A DNA stretch of 64,000 bases, taken from Bugula neritina. Lineage: Eukaryota > Animalia > Bryozoa. Location: the NCBI GenBank assembly GCA_964035545.1, contig OZ037769.1, forward strand, positions 16,398,633 through 16,462,632, read 5' to 3'. Both the position numbers and the translations under genes were made by a program. The first letter of the stretch is position 1. The number at the start of each line of letters is the position of its first letter. Positions 12,601-26,500 of the stretch are shown piece after piece. The notes beneath the pieces are model-generated. The model was not told where the DNA came from, searched no databases, and worked only from the letters and a program-made list of their open reading frames with translations.

Positions 12601-13932
12601 TTACTTTCATTTATATCGCTAAACTAATTTCTGCCTTTTAACAACAAAAAAGCATGCACTAAAATTTCAAACAATTATGCTTACCATCTGCACATCCTTT
12701 TAAACTACCAACACACTCTGTACAGAACAGATCAAGGCATCTCCTACACCCCAGACTGTATGGTAACTCTGTGTGTTTAGTACACAGTCTAGGTTCTAGT
12801 TTACCAGCCTGTGCTCTGTAGTCAGTCATGGTGATCATAGGGTGGCCTCCATGCACATCGTCATGTGACTTGTAAATAACAAATCAAAACTGAATCTATC
12901 ATTTATCCAACGGTTCGCCAAAACTTTGCAAAAAACTCAAAACAAATCAGAAGTTATATAGTAGGTATAAAAGAAGAAAGTTCAAATGGCAAACTTGGGC
13001 TTCGGCATAGATACTGGGTATTATTAACAAGGTTTAAGATTGTTAAAAATAATAAAACTGACATGTTTATAAACACTAAGACTATCAACTCACCTCTCTG
13101 TGTTTAGCACACAGTTTAGTAGAACAAGTTTTACAGTAAATAACAGCTGGCTGATTATTCACTCCTTTCCTGGTACAACTATCACAGTACATAGATGGAC
13201 CTTCTCTGGTGTTGGAGGTAGGAAGAGAGTGAATGTCAACATCAAATACTTCCCTAGACATTACAGTAAAGTAGTTACTAACTCATCACAGTATATACAA
13301 TACATCTCACTCATGCAGTAAATAATATAACACACAATATAGTAGAACTCACAATGATTAGTAAACAGAAATCAAACTGAGAATATCTCAGGGTAAAGTG
13401 ATACCTGCAGAAGGGACATCTCATTATCTTATTAACCTCAAAGTTCCCCAGCAGACATCTTAAACAGTGTACATGAGAACAAGGCAGAGATCTGGAATCT
13501 TCTGAATCTTCTAGTCTGGTTACACAGAATCCACATTCTACTTGCTCAACTGTAGCTTCAGCCATCGGAATACACTGAAAACACAAACATCAAAAACAGA
13601 ACGGAAGCACAAAAAAACCAACTAGAATACCGTCCATTCCTAGATTCATTCATGATACTACAAAATGTATAAACAATTAGAGCTCATTGACAAAATAAGA
13701 TTATCACTGCGTGATCTAATAATACCAATACTAGTAGTTATAGTAACAGGCATCGTGGTACTTTGAGAGTCATAGAATTGGATACTCAAACTCATACAGT
13801 TGATATTAATATTTATACTAATAGTAATTACTAATTTTGCATTGCGTTTGACATTCACTTTCAGTTTCACTTTGACAGACAAACTCAAAGTGATTTATTA
13901 TTACTATTAGTATTACATACCGATTCAGCCAT
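9669..13932 (-). CDS. TRIM-family E3 ubiquitin ligase: RING, two B-boxes, coiled coil, NHL-like beta-propeller (~616 aa, 9 coding exons)
   Basis: Exons 13921-13932, 13405-13574 (RING), 13094-13253 (B-box1), 12685-12868 (B-box2), 12223-12419, 11951-12121 and 11739-11847 (coiled coil), 10291-11004 (propeller: ...VVIPDRQNKRLTVYSLTGEVIKHI...) and 9669-9802. All junctions are GT-AG and the frame is continuous. Confidence 0.9.
9817..10283. repeat. 21-bp intronic minisatellite, ~22 units
   Basis: Fills almost all of the last TRIM intron; same unit as 1037-2678. Confidence 0.95.
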
Positions 13933-14133
13933 ACAATGGTAAAATGTTACTGGTGATAGGCATATACTAAGTTTTGCAATAATAAAAAAACTAAGTCTAT
14001 ACACTAAAGATAATATCAATATAATAATAGTAATACTAATACTATAAATCTAAAAGTAAACCGAGCCAATGTAAACGGGAATGCGCAGTACACCTAACTA
14101 CCTACATGGGTGCGCAGGAAAATATTATTGAAA

Positions 14134-14145
14134 GGGGAATTCCCC
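14134..14145. promoter_or_regulatory. Palindromic NF-kappaB/Rel site GGGGAATTCCCC upstream of TRIM copy 2
   Basis: 12-bp perfect palindrome matching the kappaB consensus, about 200 bp upstream of the first ATG. Confidence 0.6.
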
Positions 14146-14164
14146 CTCGCCGGCAAACCGAATG

Positions 14165-14591
14165 CAGTGTGGTATATTAAGAGTGTTGACTTTAAACCAT
14201 GAAAAATCATTATGTCGCCAATGGTACCGCAAGTTTATATAAGTTATAAAGGAAAAATTTTGCCACTTTTGTAATTTTATTTTTTTTTATATATTATGTG
14301 TCCATTTTTTTTAGTTTTGTTTATTGGTAAAGTTTTTAAACATATTTTCAATACATATAAAATTTAAAAAAAAATTAAAACTTAATCATGCACGTAAATA
14401 CAAAGCTATAAAGTTTAAGCTTCGCTGTGATTACAATGTGAATATGAATTGAATAATGCTTGCAATAACCATTTTACACAAAATACGTTACAGTTGCTAT
14501 AAATGTAAGACTAGTAAATTGGATGCAAATAGGCACGGTAATACTATTTAATTTATGCTATTTTTGAAATTTGTAGTAAATATTCGGCATG

Positions 14592-14662
<71 letters not shown>

Positions 14663-15629
14663 TATATATATATACATATACATATATATATATATATTAT
14701 AATAATATATTATATATTTTTAAATTATAATTGTTATATTATATATATATTATATAAGTATAATAATATTATATATAATATATATATATTATAATAATAT
14801 ATTATATATTTTTATATTATAATTGTTATATTATATATATATTATATAAGTATAATAATATTATATATAATATATATATATTATATAAGTATAATAATAT
14901 TATATATAATATATATATATTATAATAATATATTATATAATATAATAATATAATATATTATTATATTATATATTATATTATATATATATTATATATATAT
15001 AATATCATATAAAATATATTATTATATTATATTATTTACAAAATATATATATATATATTATAATAATATATTATATAATAATATATATTATATATTATAT
15101 TATTATATATATATTATACAAGTATAATAATATTATATACAATATATATATATATATTATAATAATATATATATATATTAGAATAATATATTATATATTA
15201 TTATATTATATATATATTATATATATATAATATCATATGAAATATATTATTATATTATATTATATTATATAATTTATAATATATATATTATACATTAATA
15301 TATTATATATTATATATATATAATAATATCATATATAATATATATATATATATATATATTATAATATTATATATTATATTATATATATAATTTATATATA
15401 ATAATATCATATATAATATATATAATATATTATTATATTATATATTATATTATATATATAATAATATCATATATAATATATTATTATATTATATATTAAA
15501 TTATATACATTATATATATAATGATATTATATATAATATATATATATATATACATATAATAATATTATATATTATATATATATAATAATATTATATATAT
15601 ATATATAATAATATTATATATATATATAA

Positions 15630-15699
<70 letters not shown>

Positions 15700-16138
15700 T
15701 GCCAAATATTTAATACAAAATTCAAAAATAGCATAAATTAAGTAGTATTACCGTGCCTATTTGCATCCAATTAACTAGTCTTACATTTATAGCAACTGTA
15801 ACGTATTTTGTGTATAATGGTTATTGCAAGCATTATTCAATTCATATTCACATTAAAATCACAGCGAAGCTTTAACTTTATAGCTTTGTATTTATGTGCA
15901 TGATTGAGTTTTAATTTTTCTTTTAATTTTATGTGCAAAAAAAATGTGTTTAAAAACTTAACCAATAAAAAAAATTTGAAAAAATGTACACATAAAATAG
16001 AAAAAAAATAAAATAACAAAAGTGGCAAAATTTTTCCTTTATAACTTATATAAACTCGCGGTACCAATCTCGGCATAATGGCGCCCATATGATTCCGTAA
16101 GATTCGCTAATGGCAACACTCTTAAATATACCACACTG
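14165..16138. mobile_element. Non-autonomous foldback DNA transposon, hAT-type (8-bp TSD), 1974 bp
   Basis: TIRs CAGTGTGGTATATT(T)AAGAGTGTTG at both ends. TSD ACCGAATG at 14157-14164 and 16139-16146, with a single copy at the paralogous empty site 4155-4162. Inverted arms of ~370 bp (~14223-14593 and ~15695-16065) flank a (TA)n/AT-rich core. No transposase ORF. Confidence 0.9.
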
Positions 16139-16804
16139 ACCGAATGTATTGAACTCGTTAGCAACAACAACGATTAGCTAAAATGCATGCAACGCCGTAG
16201 CTAATAATCATAATAACATCATTATATTCCGGAATAATAGACGGCCTCAAACAATAATAACTGTATGTGAGTTGAACAGCTCTACAAATATACTTTGTTT
16301 TGCATGCAATAAAATGCTATGCTGCTCATGGCTTTCTAGCTATGACTTCTATTGGTATACTTATTCCTTAATTTCCAATGTAGGATTACTCTTGTGATTT
16401 TATACAACAGTTTTGACAATCAGCAATATGCTAAGAATAGGGATATATATTTATGTGTCATCAAATCTGCTCATATGATAAATAAAGCAACATTATAACT
16501 GTACAGCAGAGTGGTTTTCAGTATGTTATACACAATATTTCTATTTCTCCATGGAGCATGTGCAGTTCACACCTACACTGACAAAATGCATATAAGAATT
16601 TTTCATCTAAGCTAATTGTATTATCCAACAACATTATATATACAGAAATATTATATTATGTGTAGAAATATAGAGCACATGGTAAGATGTGGAATATTTA
16701 TTGGATTAGAATAATATTACTAAGCTGTATACAACTACTAGTCCAACTAATAACATCTGCATGTAGTGTATATAGGAATAGTGTAATCTTATCAATAAAT
16801 ATGT

Positions 16805-17178
16805 TGGATAGAGGGTGGGGAGGGAAGGGTGGAGAGGCAAGGGGTGGAGAAGGGGTGGAGAAGGGGTGGAGAAGGGGTGGAGAAGGGGTGGAGAAGGGGT
16901 GGAGAGGGAGAGGGTGTAGAGGGAGGGGATGGAGAAGGGGGTGGAGAGGAAGGGGTGGAGAGGGAGGGGGTGTAGAGGGAAGGGGTGGAGAGGGTGGGGG
17001 TGTAGAGGGAAGGGGTGGAGAGGGAGGGGGTGGGGAGGGGGTGGAGAGGGAGGTGTGGAGAGGGGAGGGGTGGAGAGGGGAGGAGTGGAGAGGGAAGGGG
17101 TGGAGAGGAAGGGGTGGAGAGGGAAGGGGTGGAGAGGAAGGGGTTGGAGAGGAAGGGGTGGAGAGGGGTGGAGAGGGG
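16805..17178. repeat. G-rich (GGGGTGGAGA)-type tract, potential G-quadruplex
   Basis: Dense G-runs; paralog of 4835-5020. Confidence 0.85.
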
Positions 17179-17541
17179 TAATTAATTGCACAACTAATCC
17201 AGTCCACTAGATAAACAAAAGGGTACGGTCACCACACCCCCTCAAATTATACATGACTCTAAAACTAAATCTAAGGCTATCAAGATACAAGTTTGCATAG
17301 AGTTTACAAGCTGTAAACTTAAAAAAGAAAATACAACCAAAATAATTAAAAAAAGAACCATTTGAAGGAATGTGTTTAAATGTTGAAGCCTTTTTGATTA
17401 ATCGACAGTGATTATCATAGTTTAGCACCTAGAATCAATAATATTCGTTATCTAATTTTCTATTGGCTAGATTTTTGTCAACTGAATGCTTATAAGTTAA
17501 AACAAGATACAAATAACATTAACTATTATTTAGCCACAGAA

Positions 17542-20500
17542 CTACAAATGCTTGTCATCTTCAGTGGGAGGTGATATGGTAAGCCCCTCTTTACTTATTG
17601 ATCCTTCGTATATAACAAACTTCTCTGCCAGCTACAACAGAAATAGGATGACAAATTATGACTTATCTCCCTTACAGTGTGTGATATCTTCAAAAGTTTA
17701 CTCCCTCTTTATATAATTATATTATGGTTTGAATGTTTCTAATGAATATAATAGCATATAATAATGTAATAGTATATATAATAATATAATAGTATATATA
17801 ATAATATAATAGTATATATAATAATATAATAGTATATATAATAATATAATAGTATATATAATAATATAATAGTATATATAATAATATAATAGCATATATA
17901 ATAATATAATAGCATATATAATAATATAATAGTATATATAATAATATAATAGTATATATAATAATATAATAGTATATATAATAATATATTAGTATATATA
18001 ATAATATAATGGTATATATAATAATGTAATAGTATATATAATAATATAATAGTATATAATATAATAGATCTGAGATATGAACATACGTCCAGTTCAGACA
18101 GCAAGTCCTTTACCATCTCCTTCTGCCTTGGTTCCTTGGTGAGAACATAGAGGAAGCCGCCTCCACCCGCACCGGCCATGCAACAGCCGAGTGAGTGAGG
18201 AGCTAGGGCTCTGATCATCTGAGATACTGAGGCTGGTTCACATCCCGTCGCAATCTGCTTCTTCAGCTGCCAGTACTCTGTCCAGAGTTTACCAACTGTG
18301 AAGAGGTCACCTGCAGAGAGTATATATAATGGGCAGAGTTATCATAATATGATGTACAGAGAGTGTATATAGTACACAGTATACTGTACAAAGAGTATAT
18401 AGTATATTACACAAAGATTATATATATATATAGTATGTTATAGGAAGATGTATAAAGAGTATATAGTATACTGTACAAATACCTGGATATACAATGATAA
18501 ACGAAACACTCACAGTTCTTAAAGGCTTGCTCACACTCGTAGGCTATCCTAACAAGATTGTTAGTCGTCTGCACAATGTGGGGGTCTCTCGCGTACCAGT
18601 TTCTAACCACATTCTAAAAAATATCAACAGTCTTCAGAGTCTAGAATCGAATGAGTACTTCAAACTTGAACAGACAAAAAATTGTCTTGAAACAAATAAA
18701 TTCCAAACATTATTTCAAATTATCTTAAACTACATTTTATTGAATACATGGATGTGATGTCAAACGCTATGTCTACTGTATGATAAACTCAAAAGAGAGA
18801 GAAACGTGTATTACTTGTTTGCATATTCAGCAGCCACTTCCAGAGAGCAACCTTTCATATTACAAAAGTTCACTAAACAATACATACTTGTAAGAGGTTG
18901 CGAGCCAGTCTGGTTTTACCGGTGTATATCAGTAGGAGTCTCTCATCAAACTGTCTGATGAAATCTTCGGGCAGTTCCACAGGTCTATAATCAACGTAAA
19001 GAGGCAGCTCTGCCTTAGAGAAACCAATCTTCACACCTGAAACCAGACCACCCACCTGGTCCTGCCAACCTCCGCCTGTGGTCATCATTTGTTCCACGTG
19101 GAGGACCTACAGTAGTGGTGAGATGTGAAGGAACTACAGCAGTGGTGAGATGTGGAGGACCTACAGCAGTGGTGAGATGTGGAGGACATACAGCAGTGGT
19201 GAGATGCGAAGTAACAACAGCAACTATAAATTCACTCAAGCAAGTTTATAGTTGCCATCCCTGTGAGAAAACCCCTGATAGAAATGGAGAAATGGACAAA
19301 CTATAGCAACTGTGAGAAATGGAAAAACTGCTGTTAGTGCCTAAATGCAGCAGGCTTTATTGCCTCCAACTAAAGCGATAAGTGCTTCAGAGAAAGTGCT
19401 GAATAGCAGAAAGAGCCAAGATGGCGGCAACACTACAGGAAGTGAACTTACGCAGTGAATGAGAGAGGACACGGTGAAGTTAGTAGCTGAAGCTGTCCAC
19501 AACACTCCCATGACGACACCAGCTAGTATGCTGCTAGTGCCTAGCCCAGAACCATGTGGCAGATTAGACCAGGTGTGTAACTCAAACCCCCCTCCAAATG
19601 ACTTCACCAGCTGCTGCTCCAGGCTAAGTTCACAGTCTAGGTTCACTATTTTTGAGCATATGAAGGCGGCCTTGAGGAGCGCCCCTGAAACAAATAGAGT
19701 TTGCAGAAATGTTTAAAATAAGAGTTGGAAAAAATTTCTTTTTGGCATTCTTCTATAATTGTATTATTGGTACTATTGATCAGCTCTTGTGAATAGGAAT
19801 GCCCCATTCTTTACACACCTTGTGCGAAAAGCTAGTATAATATTTATTCCTAAATACCCGGAGATGATTCTCTTATCAAATATTTTTACTTTTAAACACT
19901 AGAGAAAAACTAGATTCATAAAACTTGTGAGAGGGGTAGCAGTCAAACCCACCCCCAAACTAACAGAGACAATACCTGGGGACTGAGGCTGGTAATAATC
20001 TCTCAGCTGGTCAACGTCTGAGATTACAATCTTAGTAGAGTCAGAACCTGAGTTCATCACAATGACGAGGTAGGGCTGCTCTATACGCCTCACCTTACAC
20101 CCAATCGGTTTCTAAAATTACACGGAATAATGGCTTACCTAAATACTGTGCTAGCTTCACACTATATAACCAGTAAAACTAATGCTGTGTTCACACTACG
20201 CTATTAGTAGAAAGAATGTCAACTTTACACTATGAGTAAAACTAAAAACAGCCTCACATTATATTATCAGTGAAATGATGTTATGTTCACACTAGAGTAT
20301 CAAAAACACTAATGCCAACTTCACACTATACTATCAGAAAAACTAATGCAGTGTTTACACTATACTATCAGGAAAACTGAGGCCGTGTTCACACTGAATT
20401 ATCTGTAAAACTAATGCCAGCTTCACACTATACTATCGGTAGTAAATACTTTTCCATCAACTAGTAGAGCACAGTTAGTAACAGCTCCACCATGTTCATA

Positions 20501-23500
20501 GGATATTGGTGGGGTGTCACTCCAACCACCCGCAATGTCTGCTCGAGCAGGACTCTCTCCTATGATCCACCTGTTAGACACAACAATACGCACTGTACAT
20601 ACGTACTGTACATACACACTGCACATACACACTGTACATACACACTGTACATACACACTGTACATACACACTGTACATACACACTGGACATATTGTAGAC
20701 ATATTTAATTATAAATTAAAATTTGTAATTTCCAAATTTTTATGCACCTCACAATTCATTTCAGTATACTAAAAATCAGTTTTAAAACCATCTCAAATAG
20801 AAAGGCTGCGTGCACTAACCTCCCAATAGCTGGTAGCTCGCCCTTAGGTTCTAAGACTATGAACTGGTTGGCTGATGCGACAGCCCTCCGTATGAGTATC
20901 TGAGCCGCTCCTTCGTAGTGTCTGGCAGCGCGTATGAGGTAATATCCTCCTGTCAGCCATCTTGTTCTAATGGCTGCCAACTGAGCCACGCCCTCCTTCA
21001 CGTCACCTCGCTGTCAGAGAGAGAATAACTTTTTGTGATGAAACAAAAATTCAGATAATTTTACTTTCTCATAACTTCAACTTTGGGCTTTTAAAGAATA
21101 AAAAACCAACTCAGTTCCCTCTATGAATTAAAGAATCCGAATACACTGTATTTATGCAGCACTAAAACGTTCTTAGACATAATAACTATTATCTACAGAC
21201 TGTTTGAAACTTTTTTGTTTAAACAATTTTATCTGTTAATAAATTTTGTACAAACATGTCTTGAATTAATTTGTGATTTCCAATGCTTGCTAAGGAATTT
21301 CCAGTCAGCTCCGAAGTCTGCGGTGTATCATAGAACTAGTAGTAATGATTGCTGGAGTTCATTGCACAAGACAGCTTAATCAGTGAGTTGACTTAAAAGT
21401 TCAAAGTTTAAGCTTTGAAACCAGTTCCATGATTAAGTTGTGTGTTACAGCAACTAAGAAGAGCATGCAATCGAAATAAGCAATAATTACTATTGGTTTT
21501 ATAATATCAAAAATTTCAGACAAGTATTTCAGTTTCATAAATGAAGTGTGTCAAGGATTCTTTAAGTTTATAAATGATGAGATGATAAGATGGAGGCCAG
21601 CAGACGTTCTGATGACTCATTCCGGTTAATCTACTAAAACTACGTGAATATATTATACTGTGAATAGATACCTCGAGTAAGTCATAAGCCTGTTTCCACA
21701 CAGCATTGGCGGAGGGTCCACTCCGCAGCCCGCCCTCTAGTCCGGCCATACATCCGAGAACGTCGGCTATGTTAGCCAAAGCTCTCCCTGCTATGCCTGG
21801 CGAATCAGACTCCATCGCAACTAAAATAGCAAACGACATCCACCAGTGCAATCAACTGTATATAATATTACTTCAACGACCTCTATACCCTTATAAGACA
21901 TGTTAAGTATACGACTCATTGATCTCTACTCACCGGTGTCGAGTGTCTCGAGCAAGCTGACGCAATGCTCCGTCTGCTCGCAGCTGATTGACTTGTAGAG
22001 GGGAATCAGACTGCATTCTCCGTGACTCTCTATAACGTCCTTGACCTTGGCCTGAGCAAGGTCAGCGTATAATCGTCTTCTCCACGAGAACTCCTCTTCA
22101 TAGTCTACAATCTGCATCAGCTCAACTAACGAGAGCCTCCAAGAACTCTTCCACCTGCAGCAAGTAAATCTAAAGATCACGGGCTAAATTTAAACTTAGG
22201 TTCCGCTAGTAGAATACCTGGTAGGCAGTAGAATACCTGGTAGGTAGTAGATTACATGGTAGGTAGTAGATTACCTGGTAGGTAGTAGATTACCTGGTAG
22301 GTAGTAGAATACCTGGACAGCAGTGAAGGTCTCAGCGTCTCTCCTGGTTGCATCCACATGAGTGTGTCGGCGTAGACATAGCCTGAGCTTCCTAAACTCA
22401 TCACAGGGTAGAGCCGGGCATTTCCCAGAGTCCGATCTTCTGGTTTCTAAAAGTGCAGACGTACATTTCTTTAGCTACTAGTACACTGATTGGGTAGAGC
22501 CAACACCAAAGACCAATCAGATAATGATGTGACTGTAACAAGAGATACTATTGGCTGATGATACTCACGCAGCTGGGTGACCAAATATCATTAGCTGTAC
22601 AGTCAACTTTGGCGAAAAACTTTTCCCAGCTATCGTTACAGAAGGTTCCGGACTCAAAAGTTGCCTGTAAAATAAAATATCGATGCGTTTCTATGACTGT
22701 GGATTATGCGAATGAATGCCCATACGGATTAATTGCAGTTTGTGGTTTGCATTAACTTATAGTTGCGGTTTCATTCGATGTAACTATTTCCATTAGCCGA
22801 ATGAAAAAATCTATTCGCATAATGCGATAATGGAAACATAGTGTATGACAATATATTACATATATATTACAAAATATTAACCCTATATAAAAACATTTCC
22901 AACTCGATGAACAAAATTGATACCCAGCATATATGCATGTCCTCAAGTATTACGAGTTAGACACACTAACCGTGAAAGAGTCACTGCCTCCAAATATCAC
23001 CGGCACGAGCACAATGTCTGTCTGTTCATTCAGCGAGACCCTCAGGTGCTGGTAAACCATGTTACCTGTCAGAGCAAGCACCTGCCCGGGCTGGTATATT
23101 GAAGTGTCAACCCCAGAGAGAGTGACACCTGTGGAGAGCCTGACATGACATGTCAACAGACAGTTGGATATATAAGCAGACTGTGGCAACTGTACGTCTG
23201 CGGAAATGACACTGTTCACTTTGACCACCTGCAACGACCTGACAGAGTGAGTCACAATAAAATCAAACTGTTATAATAGTATGCTTGATGGTGAGTGACA
23301 GGGTGGTGCTGACTTGTAATGTTTTACATGCTGATTTATTTGGTACAACTACTATGAATATAAAATGATAATAACACTTTGGAATCTAGCAACTAACTAA
23401 CTGTTTAGCAATACCTACACAAGCATTATATATAGATGCTGACTATGACAATAATAAGGAAATGCATGATTCACATAGAAGTCATATATCTACTAATTAT

Positions 23501-26500
23501 AGCTAATAAGATGTGAACTCTATGTGACATTATAACACAAACACAACACTACAGTGACACAACAACAAAAATGGACACCTGTCAGAATGAAAAAATTACT
23601 TTTTAACAGCAAAGTCTCTGTTTTTAAAAAGCAATGCAGCGTCTAGGTAAATTAGCAAATATATGCTTATATTATGAACCATATATGAATATTTTAGGTT
23701 AAGTATTGGAACTCCGTGTAAGAGAAGAGTTACAGAGACAACCTACGTTCTGGGACGGTTCCTTGCCTGTCATGGAGCCAAGAGCAGATTGAAAGGAGGG
23801 CAGGTCGTTGAAAATGTAGTGGAACTGACCGCCTTCTACGCTCGCTACAAAATGTATGATATATTGAGAGGTAGGATACTGAGGTGAGATACTGAGAGGT
23901 GGGATACTGAGAGGCGAGATACTGAGGTGGGATACTGAGAGGTGGGATACTGAGAGGTGGGATACTGAGAGGTGGGATACTGAGAGGTGAGATACTGAGA
24001 GGTGGGATACTGAGAGGTGGGATACTGAGAGGTGGGATACTGAGAGGTGAGATACTGAGAGGTGAGATACTGAGGTGGGATACTGAGAGGTGGGATACTG
24101 AGAGGTGGGATACTGAGAGGTGGGATATTGAGAGGTGAGATACTGAGAGGTGGGATACTGAGAGGTATGATACTGAGGTGGGATATTGAGAGGTGGGATA
24201 CTGAAAGTTGGTATAATGAGAGGTGGGATACTGAGGTGAGATACTGAGATGGGATACTGAGAGGTGGGATACTGAGAGGTGAGATACTGAGAGGTGAGAT
24301 ACTGAGAGGTGGGATACTGAGAGGTGGGATACTGAGAGGTGGGATACTGAGAGGTGGGATACTGAGAGGTGGGATACTGAGAGGTGGGATACTGAGAGGT
24401 GGGATACTGAGAGGTATGATACTGAGAGGTGAGATACTGAGAGGTGAGATACTGAGGTGGGATACTGAGAGGTGGGATACTGAGAGGTGGGATACTGAGA
24501 GGTGAGATACTGAGAGGTGGGATACTGAGAGGTGGGATACTGAGAGGTGGGATACTGAGAGGTGAGATACTGAGAGGTGAGATACTGAGGTGGGATACTG
24601 AGAGGTGGGATACTGAGAGGTGGGATACTGAGAGGTGGGATATTGAGAGGTGAGATACTGAGAGGTGGGATACTGAGAGGTATGATACTGAGGTGGGATA
24701 TTGAGAGGTGGGATACTGAAAGTTGGTATAATGAGAGGTGGGATACTGAGGTGAGATACTGAGATGGGATACTGAGAGGTGGGATACTGAGAGGTGAGAT
24801 ACTGAGAGGTGAGATACTGAGAGGTGGGATACTGAGAGGTGGGATACTGAGAGGTGGGATACTGAGAGGTGGGATACTGAGAGGTGGGATACTGAGAGGT
24901 GGGATACTGAGAGGTGGGATACTGAGAGGTATGATACTGAGAGGTGAGATACTGAGAGGTGAGATACTGAGGTGGGATACTGAGAGGTGGGATACTGAGA
25001 GGTGGGATATTGAGAGGTGAGATACTGAGAGGTGGGATACTGAGAGGTATGATACTGAGGTGGGATATTGAGAGGTGGGATACTGAGAGGTGGGATACTG
25101 AGAGGTGGGATACTGAGAGGTGGGATACTGAGAGGTGGGATACTGAGAGGTGGGATACTGAGAGGTGGGATACTGAGAGGTGGGATACTGAGAGGTGGAA
25201 TACTGAGAGGTGGGATACTGAGAGGTGAGATACTGAGAGGTGGGATACTAAGAGGTAGAATACTGAGAGGTGGGATATTGAGAGGTGGGATACTGAGAGG
25301 TGGAATACTGAGAGGTGGGATACTGAGAGATGAGATACTGAGAGGTGGGATACTAAGAGGTGGGATACTGAGAGGTGGAATACTAAGAGGTGGGATACTG
25401 AGGTGGGATACTGAAAGGTGGGATACTGAGAGGTGAGATATTGAGAGGTGAGATACTGAGAGGTGGGATACTGAGGTGGGATACTGAGGTGGGATACTGA
25501 GAGGTGGAATACTGAGAGGTGGGATACTGAGAGGTGAGATACTGAGAGGTGGGATACTAAGAGGTAGAATACTGAGAGGTGGGATACTGAGAGGTGGGAT
25601 ACTGAGAGGTGAGATACTGAGAGGTGAGATACTGAGAGGTGGGATACTGAGAGGTGGGATACTGAGAGGTGGGATACTGAGAGGTGGGATACTGAGAGGT
25701 GGGATACTGAGAGGTGGGATACTGAGAGGTGGGATACTGAGAGGTATGATACTGAGAGGTGAGATACTGAGAGGTGAGATACTGAGGTGGGATACTGAGA
25801 GGTGGGATACTGAGAAGTGGGATACTGAGAGGTGAGATACTGAGAGGTGGGATACTGAGAGGTGGGATACTGAGAGGTGGGATACTGAGAGGTGAGATAC
25901 TGAGAGGTGAGATACTGAGGTGGGATACTGAGAGGTGGGATACTGAGAGGTGGGATACTGAGAGGTGGGATATTGAGAGGTGAGATACTGAGAGGTGGGA
26001 TACTGAGAGGTATGATACTGAGGTGGGATATTGAGAGGTGGGATACTGAAAGTTGGTATAATGAGAGGTGGGATACTGAGGTGAGATACTGAGATGGGAT
26101 ACTGAGAGGTGGGATACTGAGAGGTGAGATACTGAGAGGTGAGATACTGAGAGGTGGGATACTGAGAGGTGGGATACTGAGAGGTGGGATACTGAGAGGT
26201 GGGATACTGAGAGGTGGGATACTGAGAGGTGGGATACTGAGAGGTGGGATACTGAGAGGTATGATACTGAGAGGTGAGATACTGAGAGGTGAGATACTGA
26301 GGTGGGATACTGAGAGGTGGGATACTGAGAGGTGGGATATTGAGAGGTGAGATACTGAGAGGTGGGATACTGAGAGGTATGATACTGAGGTGGGATATTG
26401 AGAGGTGGGATACTGAGAGGTGGGATACTGAGAGGTGGGATACTGAGAGGTGGGATACTGAGAGGTGGGATACTGAGAGGTGGGATACTGAGAGGTGGGA

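Noticed and set aside
16687-17210. Gly/Arg-rich and Pro-rich ORFs, or a telomeric repeat (also 4729-5074)
   Set aside because: Irregular G-rich simple repeat, not TTAGGG; the ORFs are low-complexity artefacts.
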